Source: a bacterium (GTDB lineage Bacteria > UBA10199 > 2-02-FULL-50-16 > JAJFLM01). From it: 64,000 nucleotides of DNA. The notes under the pieces were generated by a model that did no database searches, was not told where the DNA came from, and was given only the letters and a program-made list of their open reading frames with translations. The position numbers and the translations under genes were made by a program. The stretch lies in assembly GCA_965216315.1 (NCBI GenBank), contig CBDCFN010000015.1:423801-487800 (forward strand). Reading direction: 5' to 3'. Each line of letters opens with the position of its first letter. Within the stretch, counting starts at the first letter, position 1. This document shows, in pieces, positions 18,011 to 28,120 of the stretch.

Positions 18011-18386
18011 GTATGGATTGCTGGGCAGTCAGGCTAAAGCTAATATTATCCTGTACTTAGGTCTACGAGGCGCCAGTGCCGGACGGCACTTAGCGAAGCG
18101 ACTGAACTCCAGTCCCACCCCCATCTTTAAGGCGTTGCGACAGTTGGTCCGCGAAGGACTGGTCATCCAAACGGGATCGCCGCCCTGCTATGCGCTGAAC
18201 CCGCGCTATCGCTATTATGATGAGATCATTCGGATGATTTACAAGAGTGGGCCAACGCCTTACCTGCCGGACATTCCGGAGGAGAGACACGTTGATGCCG
18301 TGGGAGTTTATGAATTGCTGAGCGCACGCGGATCCAGCCGTTCGGTAAGCAAACTATCGGATACCTTAAGGGAGAAATATGCTTGA
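18009..18386 (+). CDS. Winged helix-turn-helix protein (putative antitoxin/autorepressor)
   Basis: GRHLAKRLNSSPTPIFKALRQLVREGLV HTH pattern; overlaps the next gene. Confidence 0.75.
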   Translation: MYGLLGSQAKANIILYLGLRGASAGRHLAKRLNSSPTPIFKALRQLVREGLVIQTGSPPCYALNPRYRYYDEIIRMIYKSGPTPYLPDIPEERHVDAVGVYELLSARGSSRSVSKLSDTLREKYA

Positions 18387-18861
18387 GGCCCTCTTACGCG
18401 TCGTAGAGCTGTTTAAAAAACATGAGATCGACTACTGTCTCGTCGGTGGGCTGGCTATGCTACTCCATAATGGCAGGGCGAATACGGTCGACATAGATTT
18501 TTATTTGCTTGTGAATAACCTGGACGTTGTGCGCAATCTATTCATCGAGCAGGGATGCGAGGTAAGAAACGCCGGCGAGAATCAACTCAAAACTAAAGTT
18601 GATAATGTTCCCATCGATCTACTCTTAGCCGACCATTACGTGGGAGCTGATGTGGTGACGCGCGCTGTTGAAAAACCCCTGGGGGAAAAGTTTGTGAGAG
18701 TCGCGACACCGGAAGATCTGATTATTCTAAAGACCTTAGCCGACCGTTCTATTGACCATCGTGATATTGCCGAATTACGTGAACTTTATGGGGAGCAACT
18801 CGACGAGATATATATTCAGCGCAAGCTTAAAAAACTCCACAAACATTTCAATGTCGACTAA
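18379..18861 (+). CDS. Nucleotidyltransferase (AbiEii/DUF6036-like)
   Basis: LVGGLAM...NTVDIDF and PEDLIILK..ADR..D..D motifs. Confidence 0.8.
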   Translation: MLEALLRVVELFKKHEIDYCLVGGLAMLLHNGRANTVDIDFYLLVNNLDVVRNLFIEQGCEVRNAGENQLKTKVDNVPIDLLLADHYVGADVVTRAVEKPLGEKFVRVATPEDLIILKTLADRSIDHRDIAELRELYGEQLDEIYIQRKLKKLHKHFNVD

Positions 18862-18873
18862 ACGCCATCGCCG

Positions 18874-18917
18874 CGCACTCGGCCTCGGCGGTGGATATCG
18901 CGATGGAAATAAAATAA
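18874..18917 (+). repeat. Diverged duplicate of the nadC 3' end
   Basis: Encodes HSASAVDIAMEIK* versus nadC HSAPAADIAMEIK (17925-17965). Confidence 0.85.
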
Positions 18918-18929
18918 AAGCAGTCTGAT

Positions 18930-19835
18930 TTAAGACGCGGATTTAACCGCGCGGGGGCCTTTGGACTCTTGGGCCTTTGCGGCCTTTTGTTTGTGCGTGC
19001 GGTCGATGAATTCCTTGCAGAGATTGGCGTAGTTGATCGTCCCGGTCGAGGAGCGATCGTAGTGAAAGATGGGGCGGCCTTCGAGTTGGGCCTTGTTGAG
19101 GGCCGTGTTGATCGCGATCTCCGTATTGAAGATCTGACCATTGAAGTATTTTTTCATATTCTCGCGAATCAAATCATTCATCTGCAGATTGCGTCCGTCG
19201 ACGCGCGTGAAAAGCACGCCGAGGATGTCGAGATCCGGATTGAGGCGGTCATTGATTTGGGCCAGCGTATCGATGAGGTCGCTGACGCCTTCGAAGGCCA
19301 AGACACTCATCTCGCAGGGAATGAGTACAAAACGCGCGGCGACGAGGGCATTGACCGTGAGGTTGCCCATCGAAGGCGGGCAATCGAAGATGATGTAGTC
19401 GTAATGGCTGCGCGCGGTGCGCAGGGCATTCTTTAAAATAAACTCTTTGCCGATTTTGGTCGCGAGGGAATTTTCCGCATCAACGAGACTGCGATCACCC
19501 GGAGTGAGATAGAAGTTATCGAGATCCGAACGAATCACACCATCGAGGATGTCGCCGCGCCGATCAACTAAGATAGTCGACAAGGGTGTGTACTCAATGC
19601 CTTCCGGAATGACCGCGCCGAGACTTTTTTCGACGTGACCTTGCGCATCGAGATCAATGACCAAGACTTTTTTGCCGTGCATCTCGGATAATGAAGTCCC
19701 GAGATTAACGGCGGTCGTTGTTTTGCCGACGCCGCCTTTTTGGCTGCAGACCGCAATGATCTCCGCGCTTTTCTTCCCGGGGTAATGACGTTCCGCCACT
19801 ACCATCTCTTTGAGACGATCTTTGAGTAGGGACAT
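18930..19835 (-). CDS. parA: ParA/Soj-family ATPase
   Basis: QKGGVGKTTT, IDLDAQG, FDCPPS; start chosen at MSLLKDRLK, though the track starts at 19874. Confidence 0.88.
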   Translation of the reverse strand: MSLLKDRLKEMVVAERHYPGKKSAEIIAVCSQKGGVGKTTTAVNLGTSLSEMHGKKVLVIDLDAQGHVEKSLGAVIPEGIEYTPLSTILVDRRGDILDGVIRSDLDNFYLTPGDRSLVDAENSLATKIGKEFILKNALRTARSHYDYIIFDCPPSMGNLTVNALVAARFVLIPCEMSVLAFEGVSDLIDTLAQINDRLNPDLDILGVLFTRVDGRNLQMNDLIRENMKKYFNGQIFNTEIAINTALNKAQLEGRPIFHYDRSSTGTINYANLCKEFIDRTHKQKAAKAQESKGPRAVKSAS

Positions 19836-19961
19836 GACCAGTTTGGAACTATCGAAAAACAAGTCGTGAGGCAAGATGAAAAGTGCCTGGAATCAACAAT
19901 TTATGACGCACTTGGCCATATCTTGACACCCTCTGAAATCCAGGGTTAATTAGCCGCCACT

Positions 19962-20726
19962 ATGGCTAAATCCGGCCACAACTTAAACCCTCGCACCGAG
20001 ACGATACTCTGCGCCCTCATCGAGTCTTACATGGCGAATGCGGGTCCCGTGGGGTCCGAGCGCCTGCGCCAACAGCATGGCCTGCCCTGGTCCTCGGCGA
20101 CGATACGCAATGAGCTCGCGGCGATGGAAAGCCAGGGGCTCTTGACGCACTCCCATACCAGTGCGGGTCGGACGCCGACGGCCGTGGGGATGCGCTATTA
20201 CGTAGACTTTCTGCTGGGGTCTGCCGAGGTGACCATGGTTACGCGCGATCGGGTCAATCAGGCCCTGGCTGCAGCGGGAGAGGATCCCCTCCAGCTCAGC
20301 CTTATCGTTTCGCAGTTGCTTTCGCGCCTATCGCACCATGTGTCCTTGGTGCAGGCTCTTCACGAAGGAAACAAAAACTGCGTGATCGCGGGCAAGGAAA
20401 ACTTTTTGGGCCAGCCCGAGTTTAGCGATTCGTTGAAATTGAAGGATTTTTTTCGAGTTTTAGAAGAACAAGATGTGCAGGACTGCATCTTCCGTTCGAC
20501 GCTGACGTCCGGTCCCGTTCATGTGTCGATTGGGTCTGAACATTTGCCGGAGTCCTATCGTGAACTTTTTGAAGATATTAGCTTGGTGACATCGGCCTTT
20601 GGAAGGAACGGAAGGACGACAGGGGCGATCGGTGTCATCGGTCCCAAGCGGATGGATTATCGCAAAATGATTCCCTTAGTCGACTATACGGCTCAAAGTG
20701 TCTGTCGTCTTCTGGCACAAAACTAA
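19962..20726 (+). CDS. hrcA: Heat-inducible transcription repressor (short form)
   Basis: PVGS, SSATIRNEL, HTSAGRTPT..G.RYYVD, IGVIGPKRMDY; upstream of grpE. Confidence 0.9.
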   Translation: MAKSGHNLNPRTETILCALIESYMANAGPVGSERLRQQHGLPWSSATIRNELAAMESQGLLTHSHTSAGRTPTAVGMRYYVDFLLGSAEVTMVTRDRVNQALAAAGEDPLQLSLIVSQLLSRLSHHVSLVQALHEGNKNCVIAGKENFLGQPEFSDSLKLKDFFRVLEEQDVQDCIFRSTLTSGPVHVSIGSEHLPESYRELFEDISLVTSAFGRNGRTTGAIGVIGPKRMDYRKMIPLVDYTAQSVCRLLAQN

Positions 20727-20742
20727 TCATAAGAAATACAGC

Positions 20743-21345
20743 ATGAGTAAAAAAACACGTCCAGAGACAGAATTTGAAGAGGATGATGAGGTGACGGAAA
20801 TCAGTCAAACTAAAAGACCTGCCGAAGCGAACGATTTAGAGTCGAGCATTGAAAAGGTCGAATCGGATATCAGTGATCTCGTGACGACTTTGGAAAAAGA
20901 AAGAGACGAGTTCAAAGATAAATTTTTGCGGACCTATGCGGATCTGGAAAACTTCCGGAAGCGTGTTTCCAAAGAAAAAGAAGAGTTGTTGAAATTTGGG
21001 AATGAGAAACTTCTCAAGGAGATATTATTTATTAAGGATAATTTGGATCGTGCTCTCAATCACAAAGATGATGCAGACCCAAAATCACTCATTGAAGGGC
21101 TGGAATTGATCCATCGCGAGTTTGATAAGCTGATGGGCCAAGTCAACGTTGAAGAAGTCGAAACGATCGGCAAACCGTTTGATCCTGAGAAGCATGAAGC
21201 CCTGGCAGAAGAAGAAAGTCAGCAAGCCCCCGGGACTATCTTGGCAGAATATCAAAAGGGTTATATTTATCATGGGCGTCTGCTGCGGCCGGCCCGCGTC
21301 GTGGTTGCAAAAGCGCCGGGCACTACACCCAACAAGGAGTCCTGA
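20743..21345 (+). CDS. grpE: Nucleotide exchange factor GrpE
   Basis: ADLENFRKR, DNLDRAL, FDPEKHEA, KGY...RLLRPARVVV. Confidence 0.95.
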   Translation: MSKKTRPETEFEEDDEVTEISQTKRPAEANDLESSIEKVESDISDLVTTLEKERDEFKDKFLRTYADLENFRKRVSKEKEELLKFGNEKLLKEILFIKDNLDRALNHKDDADPKSLIEGLELIHREFDKLMGQVNVEEVETIGKPFDPEKHEALAEEESQQAPGTILAEYQKGYIYHGRLLRPARVVVAKAPGTTPNKES

Positions 21346-23270
21346 TGCGACGACCACTAACATTTGCGGCGGTTTTTTTATTAGCCTTGTCTCTGAGTCA
21401 TTGCGGGGGAACGGGGACGACGAAGGTCGCCAAGCGCAAGGCTCAGTACGCGGCCCAAGTCACTCAAGAGATGCAGACGAGTTTTAAGAATGCCGATCGC
21501 TTTTATCGGAAAAAGGCGTTTACTAAGGCCCTGCCGCTTTTCAGCACGTTTGTGGATTCCTACCCTTACAATAAGCTAACGGACCGGGCTTTGTTGCGGA
21601 TAGGTCAGATTCACCTTCATCAGGGCCGTCCGAACGAAGCGGTTCGCCCTCTCAATCGAGCCGCGAAAGGGATCTATGATCCGGATACCACGCCGGAAGC
21701 GATCTATGCCTTGATGCTCGCGTATGAACGGTCGGGAAATCTTAAAGGGGCGTGGGATATCGTCAGTCGCATTAGTTGGCCCGCGACCCGGGCCAAGAGT
21801 CGTCTCAAGCTGGCCTCGTTCGGAATCAAGGTCGGCGAACAAGCGGGTCGCTCGACAGACGAATTGGCGCCGCTTTATCTGGAAATACTCGATGCCTACG
21901 TCATTCTGAGACAGCCACCACGCCCCGCACCCTCTTGGTTGATCGTTCATGGGGATGCGCTTCGTTGGGTCAAGCGCTGGGTCGAAACCGGTGAAACCTC
22001 TTCCAGTGAGCTTAAAAAATTAGTCGAACGCTTTACCGGCAAAACATCCGGTGGTTTTGTCCTGTATAAGCAGGCGCGCCAGGCCTATGCGGAAGGCAAG
22101 ACCGATCTCGCGCGCGACGCCTATGATCGTTACGTTCGTGGTTATCCCAAACATGAATATATCGCCGAGGCGCGGATACGACTGGCGGAGTTGGGTCGCA
22201 AGGTCGACAGTGATTATATTCCGGTGGGGGTTGTGCTGCCTTTTTCAGGTCGGTATGGACGTTACGGAAAAGCGGTCCTGCGAGGCATTGAATGTGGCGC
22301 CGGTATCTTAGATCCCTGTAATTCTGATCTGCCCATCCGACTCGTGATTCGCGATACTCAAAGTGATCCGCGCAAGGCGACCAAGGCCTTCAATGAGGCC
22401 GTGGCTTCCGAATATGTCATGGCGGTCATTGGCCCGTTGGCCAGCGTCGAAGTCGATGCCGTGGCGCGCCAAGCGGAGGTGCACCAAGTTCCCATCATTG
22501 CATTGACGCAGAAAAAAGACGTCACGGAGTCGGGACGCTACGTCTTCCGCAATTTTTTAACTATTGAAGATCAGGTGCAGACGGTTGTTAAAAAGATTTG
22601 CAGTTCGGAAGACCGTGAATTGGCCATCCTTTACCCTGATTCGTCGGGTGGCCGAACCTATAAACAGCTCTTTGAAGCAGGAATCACGGCCTGTGGGGGC
22701 ACATTGAAAGCCGCCCAAGCGTATCGTCCCAATGGCAGTAACTTTCAGGATGCGATTCGCGGCCTAAAGTTTGCGATCTCCAAACATGGTTTGGAAGGCG
22801 GTGTTGGTTTTGATGGCCTCTTTATTCCGGATAGTTACAAAAATCTTTCGCGTATTTTCCCTTTACTGTCTTTTCTCGATGTCAAAAATGTTCGGCTTTA
22901 TGGGACGGCCGGTTGGAACAATCAGAAACTCGTTAAAGAATTTCCTCAAATCATGGAGGGATCGATTTTTGTCGGTGGGTTTTATTCTGAATCGAGTGCC
23001 GGACCGACGCGTCGCTTTGCAAAGACCTATAATCAAGCTTATGGGCGCAAGCCGAGCTTTCTGGAGGCGTACGGATATGATTCGATGGAGTTGATCAAAA
23101 AGGCCGTGCGAAATCGACGGGGGAGTAAACGTCCGGAAGTTCGGGATGCCTTGTCGACAATGCGAAGTTTTCCTGGAGTGACGGGAGCCATCACGATCGA
23201 CCGCTTTGGAGATGCCAAACGACGCCTCTTCTTGCTGACGGTTGAGAATGGAAAGATCGACGAATTGTAG
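21345..23270 (+). CDS. Lipoprotein with TPR-like N-terminus and periplasmic-binding-protein C-terminus (LpoA/LppC-like)
   Basis: Lipobox LSH-C; TPR-like helices; VGVVLPFSG, VIGPL, EAYGYD, FPGVTG. Confidence 0.78.
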   Translation: MRRPLTFAAVFLLALSLSHCGGTGTTKVAKRKAQYAAQVTQEMQTSFKNADRFYRKKAFTKALPLFSTFVDSYPYNKLTDRALLRIGQIHLHQGRPNEAVRPLNRAAKGIYDPDTTPEAIYALMLAYERSGNLKGAWDIVSRISWPATRAKSRLKLASFGIKVGEQAGRSTDELAPLYLEILDAYVILRQPPRPAPSWLIVHGDALRWVKRWVETGETSSSELKKLVERFTGKTSGGFVLYKQARQAYAEGKTDLARDAYDRYVRGYPKHEYIAEARIRLAELGRKVDSDYIPVGVVLPFSGRYGRYGKAVLRGIECGAGILDPCNSDLPIRLVIRDTQSDPRKATKAFNEAVASEYVMAVIGPLASVEVDAVARQAEVHQVPIIALTQKKDVTESGRYVFRNFLTIEDQVQTVVKKICSSEDRELAILYPDSSGGRTYKQLFEAGITACGGTLKAAQAYRPNGSNFQDAIRGLKFAISKHGLEGGVGFDGLFIPDSYKNLSRIFPLLSFLDVKNVRLYGTAGWNNQKLVKEFPQIMEGSIFVGGFYSESSAGPTRRFAKTYNQAYGRKPSFLEAYGYDSMELIKKAVRNRRGSKRPEVRDALSTMRSFPGVTGAITIDRFGDAKRRLFLLTVENGKIDEL

Positions 23271-23283
23271 ACGTCGGTGATTC

Positions 23284-24234
23284 ATGAAAAAAACTATTAC
23301 GAGTCTCGGTGAGTTCGGAGTCATCCGCGAACTTTTGAGAGGCCTCCCTGCCTACGGCGTTGGCGACGACGCCACGGTATTGCCGCGGTTTAATAAACAA
23401 ACATTGGTGACGACAGATCTCTTGCAAGAAGGGGTTCATTTTGAACGCCGTTGGGCGTCTTGGGCGGACGTCGGGTTTAAGGCCCTGCAAGTGAATATGA
23501 GTGACATTGCGGCGATGGGCGGACGGCCCCAATACTATTGGCTGACCCTGTCTTTGCCCCGCAATTTTCTCGTTGCGGACCTGCGCCAATTGCGCGCCGG
23601 ACTCAAGCGCGCAGCGCGGCCGTACCAGCTTCGTTGCGCCGGCGGGGATACCAACCGGTCGAAGCAGGGTGTCTCCGTGGCAGTGACGCTGCTGGGCCAG
23701 GTGGGGAAATGCGTTGTCCCCCGTGATGGCGCGCGGGTGGGGGACGATATCTATGTGACGGGACAGCTTGGAGAAGCGGCATTAGGTTTGGCCATATTAT
23801 CGAAGCAGCGGCGAGTCGCACAAACCCAAGCGCGTTATGTTCGCCGCCAACTGCGACCGATGGCTCGGGTGAAAGCCGGTCAGGCCCTGGCCGCGCTCGG
23901 CGTCCACGCGATGATCGATGTCAGTGACGGACTTGGTGCAGACCTGGGACATGTTTTAGATGCTAGCGGTGTTGGTGCCCACCTTGATGCAGAAGTTCTG
24001 CGACCGAGCCCGACGTTTCGGCAACTCTGCCAACGACTGAAACGACCGTGGCAAGACTTTGTGTTGTGCGGCGGCGAGGACTATGAATTATTATTTTGTG
24101 CGCCGTCGCGACTGGCGGTGCGGATTCAAGGGTTAAGTCGGCGTTTGAAGCTCCCGATGACAAAAATCGGGCGCATCGTCCGAGCCGGACAATCCCAATT
24201 TTTCAAACAGGGTGGTTATGAGCATTTTAGCTAA
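23284..24234 (+). CDS. thiL: Thiamine-monophosphate kinase
   Basis: GEFGVI, GVGDDA, NMSDIAAMGG, GGDT, IDVSDGL, GGEDYEL. Confidence 0.95.
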   Translation: MKKTITSLGEFGVIRELLRGLPAYGVGDDATVLPRFNKQTLVTTDLLQEGVHFERRWASWADVGFKALQVNMSDIAAMGGRPQYYWLTLSLPRNFLVADLRQLRAGLKRAARPYQLRCAGGDTNRSKQGVSVAVTLLGQVGKCVVPRDGARVGDDIYVTGQLGEAALGLAILSKQRRVAQTQARYVRRQLRPMARVKAGQALAALGVHAMIDVSDGLGADLGHVLDASGVGAHLDAEVLRPSPTFRQLCQRLKRPWQDFVLCGGEDYELLFCAPSRLAVRIQGLSRRLKLPMTKIGRIVRAGQSQFFKQGGYEHFS

Positions 24235-25318
24235 AACATTGACCCTCAAGATCGAGCGCCTGGCCCACGGCGGTGAGGGCGTGGCACATCACGAAGGCAA
24301 GGCGATCTTTGTTCCCTTTGCCGTCCCCGGTGATACGCTCCGTGTTGAGATAGAAGTCGATAAGCCCCGTTATGCTCGGGGGCGTATTGATGAGATACTC
24401 GAGTCGTCGGCTGAACGGGTCGAACCACGCTGTCCCCTGTTTGGTCAGTGTGGGGGCTGTCAGTGGCAACATATCGATTATATGGCTCAGGTGCGCCACA
24501 AAGAAACCATCTTTCGCGAGACCTTAGAGCGCATCGGTCGCATCGAAGCGCCACCGCTGGAACCCATTATTGCGTCGGATCAGCCCTGGAACTATCGGCG
24601 TCGCATCCAATTAAAGAATGATAATGCGGGTAGCGTTGGTTTTTACGCCTACGGGAGCCATGACGTCGTGCCGATGAGTCACTGCGACATTTGTGACCCG
24701 CATCTCAATGAAGTCTTGGCTCAGGGTAAGGTTCCGGCCCGTGATCTCGAATTGAGTTGGAATGGGCAAGAAATCACATTGCGTTATGGGGAGCATCGCA
24801 GCTTTGAGCAGGCGCATCCCGGCCAGAATCAGCAGCTTGTGCAGACGGTCCGCGACTACGTGGCACCACGTTCGCACCAGCAAGTCTTGGAGCTTTATTG
24901 TGGCAATGGTAATTTCACGCGAGCGCTGGCACCCGAGCTTAAGCATATTTTCGCGATTGATGAAAATGCCGAGGCCATCGGACGGGCGGAACGCCGGATA
25001 CGGCGGCTCGGATGCAAGGGGGTTCATTTGCTGGTTGGCACGGCGACCTGGGGATTGAAGAAGGTGATCCGTGACCAACAAGCCATCGATACCCTCTTAA
25101 TCGATCCGCCTCGTGCCGGGGTGAAAGCCATCCTGAATCTCGTTGCGAAGCTCAATCCCCAGCGCATCGTCTATGTCTCCTGCGATCCCGCCTCCCTGGC
25201 CCGCGACCTCCGCTATCTCATCGAGCACGGTTACCGCCTCGCCCGCACCCGGCCCATTGATATGTTCCCGCAGACTTATCACATTGAATCAGTTACCGAA
25301 CTTGTACGTGCCGAGTAA
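24218..25318 (+). CDS. rlmD: TRAM-domain 23S rRNA m5U methyltransferase (RlmD/TrmA family)
   Basis: TRAM N-terminus, CPLFGQCGGC, ELYCGNG, DPPRAG, YVSCDP, DMFPQT.HIE. Confidence 0.85.
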   Translation: MSILAKTLTLKIERLAHGGEGVAHHEGKAIFVPFAVPGDTLRVEIEVDKPRYARGRIDEILESSAERVEPRCPLFGQCGGCQWQHIDYMAQVRHKETIFRETLERIGRIEAPPLEPIIASDQPWNYRRRIQLKNDNAGSVGFYAYGSHDVVPMSHCDICDPHLNEVLAQGKVPARDLELSWNGQEITLRYGEHRSFEQAHPGQNQQLVQTVRDYVAPRSHQQVLELYCGNGNFTRALAPELKHIFAIDENAEAIGRAERRIRRLGCKGVHLLVGTATWGLKKVIRDQQAIDTLLIDPPRAGVKAILNLVAKLNPQRIVYVSCDPASLARDLRYLIEHGYRLARTRPIDMFPQTYHIESVTELVRAE

Positions 25319-25343
25319 GGGCGCAGCAAGTAGCGCCCCTACA
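25319..25343. repeat. REP-like palindrome (GTAG family)
   Basis: GGGCGCAGCAAGTAGCGCCCCTACA immediately after the stop codon. Confidence 0.8.
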
Positions 25344-25825
25344 GGCATAATCGCTTAAAATATCAATATTTATAGGGATTTGACTTGGCGCGTCAGCCTG
25401 CCTCGCCGGCAAGGCAGGGAATTCCTCCTTGAAAGCCGCCCCTAAAAAGCTTACAGACATAAGGGTAGGCCTCGATCAGGAAGGCGGGGCCCTGGAGAAA
25501 ATATTTTTTTATCATAATTTAAAAAAAAGGATGCCCCAGGGTGGCACTTAAAAAATCTTTTCTAATGCGCGGGAGCGAACCCATTAATGGACCTCATAAG
25601 ACTCTCCTGACGCCAGGTAGCAATATGAGAGCAGACCTCACATTCATCGTACACTTGGAGATTTTGCTCTCTTAGGCCGAATTAAGAAAAGACCCACCCC
25701 TAGAAGTACAAGAGCATCCCACATTACAGGATGGTAGCGACTGTCGCCATTTCGTTTGCAGCTGCGGTGAATAGTCTGAAGTAGCCAGCCGACAGTGGTC
25801 GGCAGAGTCGTTAGCCTCTTAACAT

Positions 25826-28117
25826 ATGTCCAAACTGAATCTTGACCGTGACAAGATCCATTTGAGTCGCGAACTGGCCAAGCGGATTACCGAACGGGTG
25901 TGTCGAACAACAGAAAAATTTACAACGGAGTCGATAGAGCGGGCGAGCTTGCGCCTGCTTGGCATTGAGGATGCTTACGAGGGAATCCCGGTGGCCAATC
26001 TTATTTTGGAGTCTTTGCCTCCAGAGGCGCGATCCCAAGGGGTCTGCTACTGGTTTGGGCGGGGTCTCGCGACTCAAAGAACCAGCCCGATTGCGCTGGC
26101 CTTGCGTGTGGCCAGTGGCAAAATCAAATTAACCGAACTTCCTGAGGCGTCGCCTGAGGAGATCAAAAAGGCATTGGAACCGCTGGTACGGAAAAGCCTG
26201 GACAAGCTTCATCAGGCGGCCCTGCGCAAGAGCGATATGGAACGGCGTTGGCCGAATCGCACCCGGCCGCTTAAATACGTCAGTGTCGGCACAGGTGATA
26301 TCAAGCAAGATGTCGAGCAAGCCAAGGCAGTGGCCGCAGCCGGGGCTGATTGTATTGGCTTGATGCGTTCCTCCGGCCAAAGTTTGATGGAGGCGGTTCC
26401 CCAGGGCGAGACGGTTGACGGGAACCAGGGCACCTTGGTGACACAGGCTAATTTGCGGCTGATGCGTCAGGCCCTGGACGCGATCTCAGAAAAGTCGAAT
26501 CGATATGTCCGGTTTGTGACGACGGGTTCCGGATTGGCGATGCCGGAGTTTGCTGTCATGGCCTCACTGGAAAACGTTGATTTTCTTTTGAGCGATGCAT
26601 TGTATGGTATTTTATTTCGGGATATTAACAGCAAGAGAGCCTTTACCGACCAAGAATTTGCAAGGTTGGTTCTGGCTCATTCCGGCGTTATCATTAACAC
26701 CAGCGAAGATCAGTATCTCGCCTGTGCTGAATCTTACCGGGCCTTTCCTCAGGCCTTGGCTTCCTTGTTTTTGAATGAACAGTTTTCATTTCGAAGTCGT
26801 CTTAGGGAATGGCAGATGGGCTTTTCTCATGCCTATGAGATCGATCCGGAGATGGAAGATGGCTTTTTGTACGAAGTGGCGCAGGCCCAGATGGTACGGG
26901 AATGTTTTCCCAAGGCGCCGATAAAGTATAAGCCCCCAACCCGGCATAAGACGGGTGATATCTTTTATTCCCATCTCATGGACGGACTCTTTACGATGGT
27001 AGGCGCCATGACCCATCAAGATATCCAAGAGCTCGGTACGGCGACGGAAGCGGTTCATCATCCCCTGCTGATGGATAGGCATTGGTCTCTCAAGGCGGCT
27101 AATTATGTTCTTAATAATACGCGCAGTCTTGGAGATGAGATTCAGTGGTCTGCGAATGGTAAAGTTGTAAGGCGCGCACGAAGCGTTCTCGACGGGGCGT
27201 ATCGACTCCTCGAAAAAATAGAAAAAACCGGCGGCTTATTGAAAGGCGTCAGCAACGGCGTTTTTGCCAATGTGTCGCGTCATCCCGAAGAAGGCCTTGG
27301 CAAGGATGGGCTGATTGAAAAAGGCGCCGAGTATTACAATCCCATTTGGGAAGCGCTCTTAAAGCAAGACTTGGCCGATATCATGATCGCGCCGGCATCT
27401 CACCGACGTTATGCGAGCTATAAAACGGGTGGCGGCCGTTCAGATCGCGGCGGCCGATCGGATCGTGGTGGTCGTTCGGATCGCGGCGGCCGTTCCGACC
27501 GTGGCAGGCGCTCGGAACGCGGTGGACGCAACGACCGTGGCGGCCGCTCGGATCGGAGTGGGCGTTCGGATCGCGGAGCACGACAGGGCCAGTCACGCTC
27601 ATCCAATCAACGGCGTGGACGCGAACGCGAAGACGAAACGCGCAGTAATGAATCGCGGGGTCGTGGTTCGAGGGACCGTAATCGCCAGGATCGCAGCTCG
27701 CAGCGACGCGACCGTGAACGTCGCCCGGATCGGAAAGGAGAGGCTGCGGCCAGCACCAACGTAGCGGAGGAAAAACCGATAACTCCCGAACCTATTGTGG
27801 GAGAAGTCGAAGCAGTAACCGTGGCAGCGGTAGCGTCCGAGGTTCCCAATGAAACGACGGTAGCGACGGCAGACTATGGCGAAGAAATATCTGTAGAAGA
27901 ATTTGAGGAGTCTCCGGTAACAACGGAGGAAGACGAAGTTGAAGCGGGTGATGAAGAGTTAGATATTGATGTGGCCGTTAATGATGAAGAAGAGACAACA
28001 GTTAAATTAGCCTATAACCTCGATGACGTGGACGAAGCTCCCTATGAAGAAAGCGATGAAAGTGACGATGCGGAGGGAGAGGATAATGCTGAGGTTTATA
28101 GTGGGGAGGAGGAGTAA
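25826..28117 (+). CDS. kamD: Lysine 5,6-aminomutase alpha-subunit-like protein with a ~250-aa disordered C-terminal tail
   Basis: MSKLNLD, TTESIERASLRLLGI, SGLAMPE, DALYGILFRDIN, HAYEIDP, PIKYKPPTRHKTGDIF, TEAVHHP, YYNP. Confidence 0.85.
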   Translation: MSKLNLDRDKIHLSRELAKRITERVCRTTEKFTTESIERASLRLLGIEDAYEGIPVANLILESLPPEARSQGVCYWFGRGLATQRTSPIALALRVASGKIKLTELPEASPEEIKKALEPLVRKSLDKLHQAALRKSDMERRWPNRTRPLKYVSVGTGDIKQDVEQAKAVAAAGADCIGLMRSSGQSLMEAVPQGETVDGNQGTLVTQANLRLMRQALDAISEKSNRYVRFVTTGSGLAMPEFAVMASLENVDFLLSDALYGILFRDINSKRAFTDQEFARLVLAHSGVIINTSEDQYLACAESYRAFPQALASLFLNEQFSFRSRLREWQMGFSHAYEIDPEMEDGFLYEVAQAQMVRECFPKAPIKYKPPTRHKTGDIFYSHLMDGLFTMVGAMTHQDIQELGTATEAVHHPLLMDRHWSLKAANYVLNNTRSLGDEIQWSANGKVVRRARSVLDGAYRLLEKIEKTGGLLKGVSNGVFANVSRHPEEGLGKDGLIEKGAEYYNPIWEALLKQDLADIMIAPASHRRYASYKTGGGRSDRGGRSDRGGRSDRGGRSDRGRRSERGGRNDRGGRSDRSGRSDRGARQGQSRSSNQRRGREREDETRSNESRGRGSRDRNRQDRSSQRRDRERRPDRKGEAAASTNVAEEKPITPEPIVGEVEAVTVAAVASEVPNETTVATADYGEEISVEEFEESPVTTEEDEVEAGDEELDIDVAVNDEEETTVKLAYNLDDVDEAPYEESDESDDAEGEDNAEVYSGEEE
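27431..27574 (+). repeat. Eight tandem 18-bp coding repeats (GGRSDR)
   Basis: GGRSDR x4, GRRSER, GGRNDR, GGRSDR, SGRSDR with synonymous variation. Confidence 0.9.
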
Positions 28118-28120
28118 GTC

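Noticed and set aside
25387..25402. TTGGCGC...TGC as a sigma54 promoter
   Set aside because: GG-to-GC spacing is 11 nt rather than the required 10.
25720..25765. Minus-strand GCAAACGAA... resembling a tmRNA tag
   Set aside because: The peptide does not end in an ALAA-like motif and no tRNA-like ends were found.
27431..27574. Tandem repeats as a possible CRISPR array
   Set aside because: 18-bp in-frame coding repeats with synonymous variation, no spacers and no cas genes.
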